Shown here: positions 20,614 through 31,471 of the stretch, one piece after another
Numbering within the stretch: position 1 is the stretch's first letter
Layout: each line of letters begins with the position of its first letter
Assembly: GCA_963820825.1 (NCBI GenBank)
Contig: CAWGBN010000002.1
Coordinates: 320,001 to 384,000 of the forward strand
From: Vulcanimicrobiota bacterium
Lineage (GTDB): Bacteria; Vulcanimicrobiota; Vulcanimicrobiia; Vulcanimicrobiales; Vulcanimicrobiaceae
Length of the DNA: 64,000 bases
Direction of reading: 5' to 3'
Translations under genes and position numbers: made by a program
Notes under the pieces: model-generated
Seen by the model: the letters and a program-made list of their open reading frames with translations, nothing else
What the model was told of the DNA's origin: nothing
Database searches by the model: none

Positions 20614-21230
20614 TCAGGGCACAAGCCCAGGTGAAGCTGCCGCACCAGCTGGGTCAGTGATGCCGTAGCTGCTTCCTAGAGTCGAGACTAGATCGCCAGA
20701 AGGATAATCGAGGACGTCGACGGTGCTTAAATCGGCCACAAACAACAATTTGCCGTCTTTGGAAAGCGAAGGGCGATAGCAATCTTCGAAGCCCTTGTAG
20801 CGCCTATTAACGCGGTTAAATGGAGGCTTGATAAGGTCAAGCGTGCTCTTGCCCCCTGGCCTGCCTTGATCGCAAACCAGAAGCATTACCACTCCCGTCA
20901 AAGATAAGGCCCCCGGCAAAATGAAACGCCGCCCCCAGGAATATCGGCGTTGTCGAACCCGCTGGAAATTCTTTAATGCGCCGGCGCCTGTCACGTGGCT
21001 ATTGTACGAAACGTACAGGTCACCGTTTGTGTCGACGGCGACGCCCTGGGGTGCGCCGCCCACTATGTACTGACTCTTGATGCTCTGGCTGCACTGGGAA
21101 TAGCTATACACGTATCCGTACCCACCGTAATTATAGTCGGCGGCATAGACATTCCCCGAGCGATCGACCGTCACAGCGATGGGATCCACGACGCCCGCGT
21201 AGTAGCTGCACGACGGCGCTGAAGCACCTG
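20614..21230 (-). pseudogene. N-terminally truncated, frameshifted beta-propeller protein
   Basis: PQGVAVDTNGDLYVSYN and VDVLDYPSGDLVSTLGSSYGITDP resemble the 28740/30446 proteins; no signal peptide. Confidence 0.6.
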
Positions 21231-21393
21231 GCGGAGACGTCGGCCCGAGACGTCGTCGCCGTGTAGATGCGACAGACTCGCGTTTGCGCTCTCAGGTGTT
21301 CAATAGGCGCAAGTGAGCGTCTCGTCGGGCCTGACGCGTAGCGCAAAGTCCCGACCGTCAAGCGCGACGGGTTTCGAGGTCAGCGGCCCGATT

Positions 21394-22598
21394 TTAGAAG
21401 CTATGGAGCCAGTTCTCGGTCCCGGCGGTCGTCATGCTAAATACCGTGCCGTGACCGTTGGCGCCCCCATTTACCGTAGTACCGTAGAGTACGCCGCCGA
21501 CATTTAGCAGCGTCCCCGTGGGGTTGGCGCCGTCTGGGCCGCCGAAATTATAGAGCACGTGATACGTGCCGGTCGGCGTGATAGAGAAGAATACTCCGTC
21601 ATCGTGCGTGCCACCCCTTACAGTTGTGCCGTAGAACGTATTTCCGACATCAGCTAGGCCCCCACCAGGATAATTACCATCCCATCCGCCGGCGAAAGGA
21701 TGCAGTAGCTGAAACGTTCCGGTCGTGCTGATCCTGAAAATACTGCCGTAGAGGCTGCAGTTGTCCCCAAATGCCGTCCCGTAGAGCCACTGACCATGCT
21801 TAATCATTGTTCCGGTGGGGTTATCGCCATAGCCTCCGCCGGGGAAACTGTAGAGAACCGTCTCTATCCCGGACGGGGTCAGAGAGAATATCGTTCCGCA
21901 GTCAGAGGTACCGCCGTTTTCCGTCGTTCCGTACAGCGTACCATTGTCTTTGGTCAAGCCACTCGCCGGCCCGTAGGCATCGGGAAAGTCTTGAAAACTC
22001 CAGAGCAAGCTCTCGGGACCGCCGGCGGGCATCTGAAAAACCGCCCCATAGTTCATCGATCCTCCGAACGAGGTGACACCGTAGAACGTCCCGTTTTGCA
22101 CGACCAGACTGCCGTTGTTTGGCCACTGGCCGTCGGACGGGGCACCCTGAAAACTGTGCTTCACCGTTTCGACACCGGAGGTCGTAACCCGAAAAACGGT
22201 TCCAAGATTCTGAGTGCCGCCTCCTGAGGTAGTGCCCCACAGCGCGTTGCCGCGTTGCACGAGACCTGCAGGGGGTCCCGCGCCGTCCGGTGTTCCTTGG
22301 AAGCTGTAGACTATGTTCTCTACGCCCGTCGTCGTAATGGAGAACACGCTGCCCAGGTTGTGGCTGCCTCCAGAAGACGTCGTTCCGTAGAGAACCCCTC
22401 CGACATCGATTAACCCTGCTCTCGGACTGGCTCCATCGGTCGATGGCGTCACGCGATGGTGTCCCGCAAGGGACTTCTGATCCCCACGTTCGGCCGTCCC
22501 ACATTCATACTTGTCGTCGGCGGGCCCGCATTCGAACCGCAATCGGTCAAACCAAGCCCAATCAAAACCAGCAGCACGCCTACAAGACTCTTAGCCAT
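21394..22598 (-). CDS. GloVer-type choice-of-anchor repeat protein (frameshift near N-terminus)
   Basis: Repeated LYGTT..GG..N.G.VF units; ATG at 22598 followed by a signal-like segment. Confidence 0.8.
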
Positions 22599-23077
22599 GC
22601 CTTTAATCCTTCCGCCGACCCCGTAGTCGGCTTAAGCTCCTAGTAGTAGCGCAGTATCTGTTCGCGTCCGGTGCTTGTAACCTTGCAAACCTCGCCGCGG
22701 CGTTCGATTGGATTCGCTCCTACTCGTCACCGGCGAAAGTCAGAGCACTCTGTATGGTTGTTGGCTCAGTGGCGCCCGCCCAATCAAGCATGAGCGGCCG
22801 TTTGAACGAGAAGTCCGATGCTACCGCAACACCATGTTGCCGATAGAAAGCGGCGCGCCGTTGATTGTCTTCCTTCAGTGGCAAAACCGCGACCTTGATC
22901 ATGAACGCTGCGTAGCGCTCCGCGCTAAGAGATGACATGTATCGAGCCTCGGCTTCTGCGTTCTCAAAACTCTGCACGTCCCTCGGTGAAATTACAAATG
23001 CGAGGACTGACGTGAGGTGAGAAAACGGCTCAAGTTGAAACTGTGAGTTCCGGGCCTCTGGCCCTAAGGAGACTCAC

Positions 23078-23374
23078 GTGAAAAAGACTCGCTTCACCGA
23101 AGCGCAGATCGTCGCGATCCTCAAAGAGCTCGACGCCGGCACGACCGCGACGGAGCTTGGTCGCCGGCACGGAATTCATGCCAATACGATCCGCCTGTGG
23201 CGCGATAAGTACGCCGGGATGCAAACCAGCGATCTGGTGCGCATGAAACAGCTCGAGGCCGAGAACACGCAGATGCGGCGAATCATCACCCGCCAAGCCC
23301 TCGAGATCGACGCCGTCAGGGAGCTGATCTCAAAAAACGGCTGGGGCCCGAGCAGCGCAAAGAAGCGGTCGTAG
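23078..23374 (+). CDS. IS3-family transposase OrfA
   Basis: MKKTRFTEAQIVAILKE HTH-type start; AAAAAAC slippery-like site near the end. Confidence 0.9.
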   Translation: MKKTRFTEAQIVAILKELDAGTTATELGRRHGIHANTIRLWRDKYAGMQTSDLVRMKQLEAENTQMRRIITRQALEIDAVRELISKNGWGPSSAKKRS

Positions 23375-23890
23375 CGTTGCACACCAAGGGCCTGTCCACG
23401 TTCCGGGCTTGCGCTATCGTTGCGCAGCCCTACCGATCGCTGTTCAACAAGAAAAAGGCTGAAAAGCGCGCAGACACGCGGCTGAAGGAATGCATCGGCA
23501 AACATGCGCAGCAGCGGCCGCGGTTCGGCTGGCGCCGGCTGTTGATCCTTGCGCGCCGTGAAATACCTGGCACCGGGGAGTACCGATTTCGAAGGCTTTA
23601 TAAGGCTCTTGGGCTTCAAGTACGGCCTCGAAAGAAGCGCAAGGTCAACTACGTCCGCGGAAACGCGATTTCGACCGTTAGTCGCCCCAACGAACGGTGG
23701 TCGATCGACTTCATGCACGACAGTCTTGGGAACGGCCGGGCCTACCGTACGATGAACATCGTTGACGACTTCACGAGCGAATGCCTCGCTTTGGAGCCGG
23801 CGTTCTCGTTTGGTTCTCATGATGTGACGCGTTGCTTCGAGGAGATCGCGTTCGAACGCGGCTTGCCGGCCGCCGTGCGTTTTGACAACG
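23371..23890 (+). pseudogene. IS3-family transposase OrfB, 5' part (interrupted)
   Basis: RPNERWSIDFMHD...IVDDFTSECLA...VRFDN, broken at the DNG motif. Confidence 0.88.
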
Positions 23891-25446
23891 AGCTAAGTAC
23901 GAAAGTCAACCCCACTAGTAGGCATAACGATGCCCGTCGACAGCAAAGCCGAGCTTGCACACCCTTGCCGAGATGCCCCTCGACGACGCAATAGCTCCAA
24001 CCATGATGACACAAGGTCTCGGAAACGAGCCTTCACCGAGCTCAAAACGGAGTTTGCTGCCGATCGGGAGATCCGAGCATTATCTACGAGGTCGTAGTCG
24101 CCTCAACGGCCCAGCGAAGGGATTCTCCCGTCGTGCACCGCCGCTTCGAAATAGTGGCGGTACTCTTTTCCAGATTTGATCAAGCCGTAAGCGACGCGCG
24201 CAATCTTCGCTGCTACGGCGACATACGCTCTTCTTTTGAGATCGGCATCCAGTGGATCGCGACGAACGTAGTCGTCGTACTTTTTCCGAAACGAGTTTCG
24301 GCGCTGATTGATGGCAGCATTGGCTGCCATCCAGAAGGCCCATCGCAGTCGAGCATTGCCGCGTTTGGAGAGCTGCGGTCGGCCGCGTGACGTTCCGGAT
24401 TGCATCGTCGACAAAGAAAGGCCACAGTAGTTAAGAAATTTGCGATGGTGGCTGAAGCGGCGTAAATCTCCGCCTTCAGCGAGAACCGTTAGAGCAACAA
24501 TAGGGCCGATTCCAGGGATAGAGCGCAGGCGCTGATAATCGATGTTGTTCTCGAGTTGTGCGTCAATGAGCTCCTGAAGCTGCCGTCGAAGCTTCATGAG
24601 GCCGATGTACTGCTCAATCGCGAGTTGGAACATCTGGGCGGCCTGCGAATCCGCCGCCACTGGAATTCCCACGCTTTCCTTGGCAATTTCGTAGTAGCTG
24701 GCGACGAGACTTTGCCGAGATGTAAAATGCCCTCCCGCTGCAGTAAACCTTTTGACGAATGTCCTTTTGGTATATTGAAGGACCGTGGAAGGGCATGGCG
24801 CTATGCGCATGACCTCCAAGAACCACTCGCCGCGCGGATTGCTCAGGAAGGGCTCTGCTTCCGGGAAGTACAGCGGCAAATAGTGCGTCATCAGCGAATG
24901 GTAGGCTCGCGTCTTTCGGTCGGTGATCTGCCGATAGGTACCGAGCAGTTCCTGAAGATCTTGGTTGCCACGTTGCAGTGGATCGGCGAACACCTGCGTT
25001 GTACCGCTCTTGAGCAAATGCAGAATCACCTGCGCATCCTTCGGATCGTTTTTATCCCACGAGTTGAACAGCGCTTCTCTCGTCCGATTTGTAGCGATCG
25101 ACGATACGAAATGAACGCGGTGGCCTCGCCGGAGCAAGAAGTTCGCCAGGGGTCGGTGATAGTCTCCGGTTGGTTCCAGCGCGACCTCGCAGGGAAGATG
25201 CGGCGCCAGAATCCCTGCCAACTCGTCGAAACCTTCTTGCGTGTTTGGAACTGTCAAACGCCGGCGAATGCCGGCCTCGTCCTCCAGCAGCGCCACGTGT
25301 CGGTTTTTGGCGACGTCGATTGCGAGCCAGGCGGGCGTCGTTGGAGCAGCACGGAACTTTGCCATAGGGTCGTTGCCTCCAGCGGAGATGAGTCAGATAC
25401 ACCTCCGTTCGCCATGGGGGCAGCGCCCCGTCTTGTATGTATCACG
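23891..25446 (-). mobile_element. IS110-family element (long non-coding end downstream of the transposase)
   Basis: Removing it restores GAC AAC GGC CCA GAG TTT (DNGPEF) of the host orfB; ACG present at both junctions. Confidence 0.9.
24103..25365 (-). CDS. IS110-family DEDD transposase/recombinase
   Basis: AIDVAK, LEPTGDYH, KNDPKDA, SIPGIG, QSG and SKRGNARLR motifs; intact 420 aa. Confidence 0.95.
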   Translation of the reverse strand: MAKFRAAPTTPAWLAIDVAKNRHVALLEDEAGIRRRLTVPNTQEGFDELAGILAPHLPCEVALEPTGDYHRPLANFLLRRGHRVHFVSSIATNRTREALFNSWDKNDPKDAQVILHLLKSGTTQVFADPLQRGNQDLQELLGTYRQITDRKTRAYHSLMTHYLPLYFPEAEPFLSNPRGEWFLEVMRIAPCPSTVLQYTKRTFVKRFTAAGGHFTSRQSLVASYYEIAKESVGIPVAADSQAAQMFQLAIEQYIGLMKLRRQLQELIDAQLENNIDYQRLRSIPGIGPIVALTVLAEGGDLRRFSHHRKFLNYCGLSLSTMQSGTSRGRPQLSKRGNARLRWAFWMAANAAINQRRNSFRKKYDDYVRRDPLDADLKRRAYVAVAAKIARVAYGLIKSGKEYRHYFEAAVHDGRIPSLGR

Positions 25447-25523
25447 GCCCAGAGTTTACGAGTCGCGCGATGCTGCAATGGGGTGCAGAGCAGAAAGTCC
25501 ATCTACACTTCATCGAACCCGGC

Positions 25524-26890
25524 GATTACGTCCCGGCGCGTGGTGTATGAACTGCGACCCCGACGAAGTGGGCGATCAGCTGATAACGGCCGAAAGCCTG
25601 GCGATCTGATTGTCGCTTACGGCGTTCATTCCTTCGAGCTGCATGTACCGCCGCTGCAACTGCCATTCATCGTTCTGTTCCAGCAGCAGCGCACCGACGA
25701 GTCGTACGATCGCGGCCTCGTTGGGAAAGATGCCGACGACGTCAGTCCGGCGTTTGATCTCGGCGTTGATGCGCTCGAGCGGGTTGGTTGAAGCGAGTTG
25801 TTTGCGGTGGGCTTTGGGAAAGGCCATGAAGGCGAGAACGTCTTCTTCGGAATCGTCCAACATCGCTGAGAGCTTGGGAAACTTCTCGCGGAGTTGATCG
25901 GCGACGGTGCGCCATTGTTGGTGCGCCGCCTCGGCCGTTTCTTGAGCGAACACCGTATTGATCAGCGCACGAACCATTTCTCGCTGCCCTTTGCCGGCGT
26001 GGGCTAGCGCGTTGCGCATGAAGTGCACGCGGCAGCGCTGCCACGTCGCCTTGAAGACTTTGGCGATCGCGGCTTTGAGACCGATGTGGCGAATCGGAGA
26101 TCACGAACTTGACGCCACGCAGTCCGCGCCGTCTCAGGCTTCTGAGAAACTCGCGTCCAGAACGGCTCGGCTTCGCTGGGACCCGTCGCCAAGCCTAAAA
26201 GCTCGCGCGTACCGTCGGTATTGACGCCAACGGCCAGTATTACGGCGACCGAAACGATGCGGCCCGACGCGCGCACTTTCACGTACGTCGCGTCGATCCA
26301 CAGATACGGCCAGTCGCCCTCGATCGGCCGATTGAGAAACGCTTGCACGCGCTCGTCGATCTCGCTGCACAAGCGCGAGACTGGCTCTTGGAGATCCCCG
26401 TCATCCCCAGTGCCTTCACCAGTTCGTCAACCGAGCGGGTTGAGATGCCCTGAATATACGCTTCCTGGATCACCGCCGTCAGCGCTTTCTCGGCCGTGCG
26501 ACGAGGCTCCAGGAAGCCAGGGAAATAGCTGCCCTTGCGCAGCTTAGGGATGCGCAGATCGACTGCGCCGGTGCGCGTTTCCCAGAGCCGGTCGCGATAC
26601 CCGTTGCGGCAGTTCTCGCGAGGAGCGGCTCGCTCGCCATAGGCGGCGCCGCAGAGGGCCTCCACGTCCATCTCCATGAGTTTCTGGGCGGCGAGATGAA
26701 GCATGTCGCGCACGAGATCGACGTCGGGGCCCTTTTCAGCGAGCTCCGTAAGTGCGATACTGGTCTTGGCCATTGTGGGTTCCTTTCGTCGGTAGTTTCT
26801 TTGCAAAAACAACCTTCGCCGAAAGCCACGATGGCCGCTCTCTATCCTATGAGGGCGGCCCCTTCATACACCACGCCCTGGGACACGATC
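25524..26890 (-). mobile_element. IS256-family element
   Basis: Imperfect 28-bp IRs ending GCGTGGTGTATGAA; 8-bp TSD AACCCGGC at 25516-25523 and 26891-26898. Confidence 0.93.
25576..26773 (-). CDS. IS256-family transposase (frameshifted)
   Basis: [28 protein letters not shown] and [16 protein letters not shown] motifs in three frames. Confidence 0.9.
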
Positions 26891-27074
26891 AACCCGGCAA
26901 ACCAACGCAAAACGCCAAGATCGAATCGCTAAACGGCCCGATCCGAGACGAGCTGCTCAATGCCCACGTTTCACGACGATCTAAACGAGGCGCGGGCGCT
27001 TGCCGCAGTTGGAGAAAGGACTATAACGAGGTCCGGCCGCACTCGTCTCTCGGCGGCTTGACGCCGCTGGAGTA

Positions 27075-28344
27075 AGAGGTGGCCTCGGTTAGTCGGACAG
27101 CCTGATATGTGATGATTTCGCTCCCTCTGGGTCGAAAAGATCCGTGAAAAGGAGCAGTCATCTTGAAACGTTCTCGCCGCAACCACACGCCGGCCTTCAA
27201 GGCTAAGGTGGCGATCGCCGCGATCAAGGGCGATCAGACCGTCGCCGAGCTCGCCAAGCGCTTCGACGTCCATCCGAATTCGATCGTGCAGTGGAAAACC
27301 CAACTGCTCGAGCGAGCCGATGAAGCCTTCGATGGCGACGGACCAAAGCAGAACGGCCCCGATATCAAAGAGCTTCACGCCAAGATCGGCCAGTTAGCGC
27401 TGGAGAACGATTTTTTAGAACACGCGCTCGGACGTATCGACGGGTCGAGCGCAAAGCGATGATCGATCGCGACCACGCTTTGCCGCTCTCGCATCAAGCG
27501 GAGCTGCTGGACCTCTCTCGCAGCGGTCTTTACTACGGAGCCGTACCGGTCTCGGGCAGCGGATCTCGAACTCATGCGTGAGATCGATCGGCTGCACACC
27601 GACTACCCGTTCGCCGGCGCAAGAATGCTGCGCGACTTCCTGCGGCTCAGGGGCTATCGTGTCGGCCGCCGGCATATCGCGCGGCTGATGCGCCTGATGG
27701 GCATTGAAGCGCTCTATCGCAAGAAGAAAGGCACCAAGACCAATCCGGAGCACCCCGTCTTCCCCTACCTTCTTAGAAACCTCGTCATCGAACGCCCGAA
27801 TCACGTCTGGGCAGCGGATATCTCGTACATTCCGATGCGCCGCGGTTTCTTGTATTTGTTCGCGGTACTCGACTGGGCAACGCGACGGGTTCTGGCTTGG
27901 CGGCTCTCCAACAGCTTGACGACGGATTTCTGCATCGATGCCGTCGAGGAGGCGATCGCAAAGTACGGCTGTCCTGAAATCTTCAACACCGATCAAGGAT
28001 GCCAATTCACCGACAAGGATTTCGTCGGCATGCTCAAGACTACGAGATCGCGATCAGCATGGACGGCCGGGGCGCCTGGCGCGACAACGTCTTCGTCGAA
28101 CGCTTCTGGCGCTCGATTAAGTACGAAGAGGTCTATTTGCGTGCTTACGACTCTGCGAGCGAGGGTAAGCACTTCATCGGCCGCTACGATCGATTCTATA
28201 ACGCAAACCGACCGCATTCGTCGCTCGGCGGCCAAACGCCGGACGCGGTATACTTCAGTCAGGCCGACCAAAAAGGCGGCGTAACTGGCGGAGTCATCAC
28301 ATAACGGGTGCCGATTTCGTGTCCAAAAAACCGGCGCCACCTCT
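27075..28344 (+). mobile_element. Second IS3-family element (orfA 27163-27462, orfB ~27459-28284)
   Basis: IRs AGAGGTGGC..CGGTT....GGACA; 3-bp TSD GTA at 27072-27074 and 28345-28347; RPNHVWAADISYIPM, FNTDQG and DNVFVERFWRSIKYE motifs. Confidence 0.92.
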
Positions 28345-28739
28345 GTATGCGAACAAGTTCTAAAATGACACCTGCTCACAGTTCCTCCTTATGCTAAAGA
28401 CCACCTCACGTCAGAGCCGCCATCTTGTTTCCAACCAGAGCCTGGATAGGGGTAGATTGGCATAAGTGCCATGCCGCTTTGCAAAATCGCGAGTGCCTCA
28501 GTAACCGTAAGGTCGCCATCGGTCCAGCCATGATACGGTACGTAGCGTAAGCGACATTTGTACTTGCTGGCAAGCGAACTGATCCTTCCCGTGCTGAGGT
28601 TATACAGAACGCGTGTCGTTCCAGCTCAGATCTTTACGATTCCTTGAAGGTTTCACTGTAGAGTTAGCCTAACGGCTAGGCGCGTGGACGCTTTTGAGCC
28701 CCACGACTGCGTAGCGACCGATTCAGAAGGAGATTAGCT

Positions 28740-29720
28740 GTGCGATTTCATCTGCTAGCCAGCCTGGTTATCGCCGCAGCATTTGCCGGATGCTCGAGCG
28801 CGCAACTACAACGCGGAAACCCGGCGCTGCCGAGTTCGCCGTCAAAAAGCGTGCCGGCCGCCATCGGGCCGACGCCCGCGCCCATAGCGACGGCAAGTTG
28901 GGAGGACAGCATCTTTGTGGTCGACACCGGTGTCCCCGCCGTCAAGCTCTTTGCGCGCGGAACGTGGGCAGCCAATGGATCGTTCACCAATGGTGTGGCC
29001 AGTCCGTACGGCATCTGGAGTGATCAGAAATATCTCTACGTACCGAACAGTATCAACAATGGCGCGAACGTAGAGGAGTATCGCCCCGACGATACGACTC
29101 CAATTTTTACCTATACGAACGGCCTCTCGGGCAACGCGATTAATGTTTCGACTCAGGACCTTGGCGGGGTTCACTACGTGTTCGTCGTCGTTGGCAGTAC
29201 CGGCTTCGGTAACGGCTACGTTCGGCAGTTTCGTCGTGACACGAATACGGTCATAGCGACGTGCACGCCTAACGGCCAGGGGCAGTTTGGAGTTGCTGGC
29301 GTTGCGGTCGACCCCAACGGCAACGTATTTGTTTCGTACTACGGCTCCGACAGCTCTACGCACATTGTCGAGTACGTTGGGGGCCTGGGCGGATGCGCTC
29401 AAACTCCGCTGATCACGCTACCGACAGAGGGAGCAGATATGGTTCTAGATCATGCCGGTAGGCTGGTCCTTTGCGACGGTGTAAGCACCTGCGACATCAT
29501 CAATCCGCCGTATACGAGCATATCAGGGACGCTCGGCTCCGGCTTCGATGCTCCATTTTATGTTACGATAAATGCAACTAACCAACTCGCCTACGTGACC
29601 GACGGCTTAGGCGTTCACGTCCTCAGCTATCCCAGCGGCGCGCCGCTACATACAATCGGTGCTTCTGCTGGCCTACATAATCCCGTCGGCGTCGTAGATT
29701 GGTTCAACTACGGTTTTTGA
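28740..29720 (+). CDS. Secreted beta-propeller lipoprotein
   Basis: AGGAG RBS, lipobox FAGC; paralogue of 30446-31471. Confidence 0.8.
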   Translation: MRFHLLASLVIAAAFAGCSSAQLQRGNPALPSSPSKSVPAAIGPTPAPIATASWEDSIFVVDTGVPAVKLFARGTWAANGSFTNGVASPYGIWSDQKYLYVPNSINNGANVEEYRPDDTTPIFTYTNGLSGNAINVSTQDLGGVHYVFVVVGSTGFGNGYVRQFRRDTNTVIATCTPNGQGQFGVAGVAVDPNGNVFVSYYGSDSSTHIVEYVGGLGGCAQTPLITLPTEGADMVLDHAGRLVLCDGVSTCDIINPPYTSISGTLGSGFDAPFYVTINATNQLAYVTDGLGVHVLSYPSGAPLHTIGASAGLHNPVGVVDWFNYGF

Positions 29721-30082
29721 TCCGCCGCGGCCGTTTGCGTTGGCCAATCGAACTCGGGGCAGGCAACAATGCTGCTCCAAATGCTCTGCCGCGGCAACAC
29801 CGGCGCGCGCGAACCAAACCCGGAAGTGAGCGACGTGGAAGCGCCGCGCGACCAGAAGTGTTTCAACGTGCGCGCCCGTAGCCTCAAACTGTATAGAGCA
29901 GGGACTCCTAAAGCCTTAGAGCGTAGCCGTGCGTAGTCGCCGACGGTGCAAAAGCCCGTAAAGTACCCGCTTTTTCGGACGCCACCGGCAGCGCTGACGC
30001 CTTAGGGGCCTTAGGGCAACCAACCAGTCGCGTCGAACATCTTAGGGCGCTGATCCGTTCCGGGAGCTAGGAGGCACGGCCC

Positions 30083-30367
30083 ATGAGAAGGTTCGCACTC
30101 AATCGCTTCGCTCTAACCATGATCGTCGCGGGTGCATTCCTCGCGAGCTGCGACGGATCGCAACCGCAGATCGGCGCACCTGGCGCGACGAACCTGCCCA
30201 TTGTCAATCGTGAGCGAAAGCGTTCCCGAACGTTGAGCTATTCGGGAAGCCCACAAAGCTTCAACGTGCCGTTCGCGCGCTGGTACCCGTATCTCCACCT
30301 ATTTCCGGCGGCGTCAGTGCTGCCGGCGCTCGCCGCTGCCAGAGGCGAAGTCTTTATTATTTCTTGA
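30083..30367 (+). pseudogene. Truncated lipoprotein (signal peptide and N-terminus only)
   Basis: AGGAGG RBS, LASCDGSQPQIGAPGA start, then degenerates. Confidence 0.45.
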
Positions 30368-30445
30368 CTATTGTGAGGTAGCTTTAGCTGTTAAGCAAAC
30401 AGGCGCCATTTAGGCCCCGACGCTAGCTTCTATCGGGAGTGGCTC

Positions 30446-31471
30446 ATGCGATTTCATCGGACACTTCTGACCGCGACGATCGGGGCCATGCTGATCGCTG
30501 CGTGCACGAACGCGCAGTCTGAGATAGGTAGCTCGACGTTGCCTCGCTCGCCCGTACGTGTCGGGCCGGACGCGCCCGGGCCAACGCCGGCACCGCTGGC
30601 AACAGCGAGCTGGGAGCAGAGCCTCTTCATTAACGACGTCGTGACCGTGAACAACGGTGTGTGCAGCACCTCTTGTCCGACCAAGCTCTTCAAGAACGGT
30701 ACCTGGACTGCTAACGGATCTTTCAACACCAGCGGATACCCCATGGGCCTCTGGAGCGATCAGAAATATTTGTACGTCCCCAACTTCGTTAACGCGACCA
30801 CCGCAAGTGTAAACGAGTATCGCCCCAACGATCCTTCACCGATCTTCTCCTATTCGAACGGTTTGACATTCGTCACATCTGTGTCGACCCAGCTGCTGGG
30901 GAACGTACATTACGTGTTCGTTACGGGAGGATACAACACGAACTACGAGGCGAACTTCGTTCAGCAGTACCAGCGGGACACAAACACGATTATTGCCACG
31001 TGCTACCCCCATGGCAACGTAAATCTCATGGGCGTCGCCGTCGCTCCTAACGGAAACGTATTCGTCGACTACAACGACAGTCTCGACGTCGGGCACCTCG
31101 TCGAGTACGTCGGGGGCCTGGCCGGATGTAACGCAACGCCGTTGCCGATGACCTTCCTGGGACATGTGACCGGGATAGCGCTCGACAACGCCGGAAGGCT
31201 CTTGATTTGCAACACTCACGGTGCGGCGGCCATCGACGTCATCGACCCGCCGTATACCAGCATATCCGGAACGCTTGGCTCGGGCTTCATGTTCCCGGAT
31301 TCCATCTCGATCAATGCAAACAATAACCTTGCCTTCGTTGCCGATGGGCTCCTTGAGCAAGTCAGAGTGCTCCAATACCCAAGCGGCGCACTCGTTCAGA
31401 CGATTGGTACCGCCAATGGGTTGAACGGGCCGCGCGGTGGCGCCGTGGAGTGGGTCAACTACGGCTTTTAG
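30446..31471 (+). CDS. Secreted beta-propeller lipoprotein
   Basis: Lipobox IAAC; shares GPTPAP.ATASWE, WSDQKYLYVPN and C-terminal W.NYGF with 28740-29720. Confidence 0.8.
   Translation: MRFHRTLLTATIGAMLIAACTNAQSEIGSSTLPRSPVRVGPDAPGPTPAPLATASWEQSLFINDVVTVNNGVCSTSCPTKLFKNGTWTANGSFNTSGYPMGLWSDQKYLYVPNFVNATTASVNEYRPNDPSPIFSYSNGLTFVTSVSTQLLGNVHYVFVTGGYNTNYEANFVQQYQRDTNTIIATCYPHGNVNLMGVAVAPNGNVFVDYNDSLDVGHLVEYVGGLAGCNATPLPMTFLGHVTGIALDNAGRLLICNTHGAAAIDVIDPPYTSISGTLGSGFMFPDSISINANNNLAFVADGLLEQVRVLQYPSGALVQTIGTANGLNGPRGGAVEWVNYGF

Larger units (their letters stand above)
23008..28413 (+). mobile_element. IS3-family element interrupted by three nested IS
   Basis: IRs TGACGTGAGGTG...AACTGTGAG at both ends; orfB can be rebuilt from 23371-23890, 25447-25523, 26899-27074 and 28348-28363. 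Confidence 0.9.

Noticed and set aside
24556..25791. 411-aa plus-strand ORF
   Set aside because: Antisense shadow of the IS110 and IS256 transposases, crossing element boundaries, with no recognisable motifs
5169..31471. Diversity-generating retroelement acting on the propeller genes
   Set aside because: No reverse transcriptase and no template/variable repeat pair with adenine-specific differences was seen
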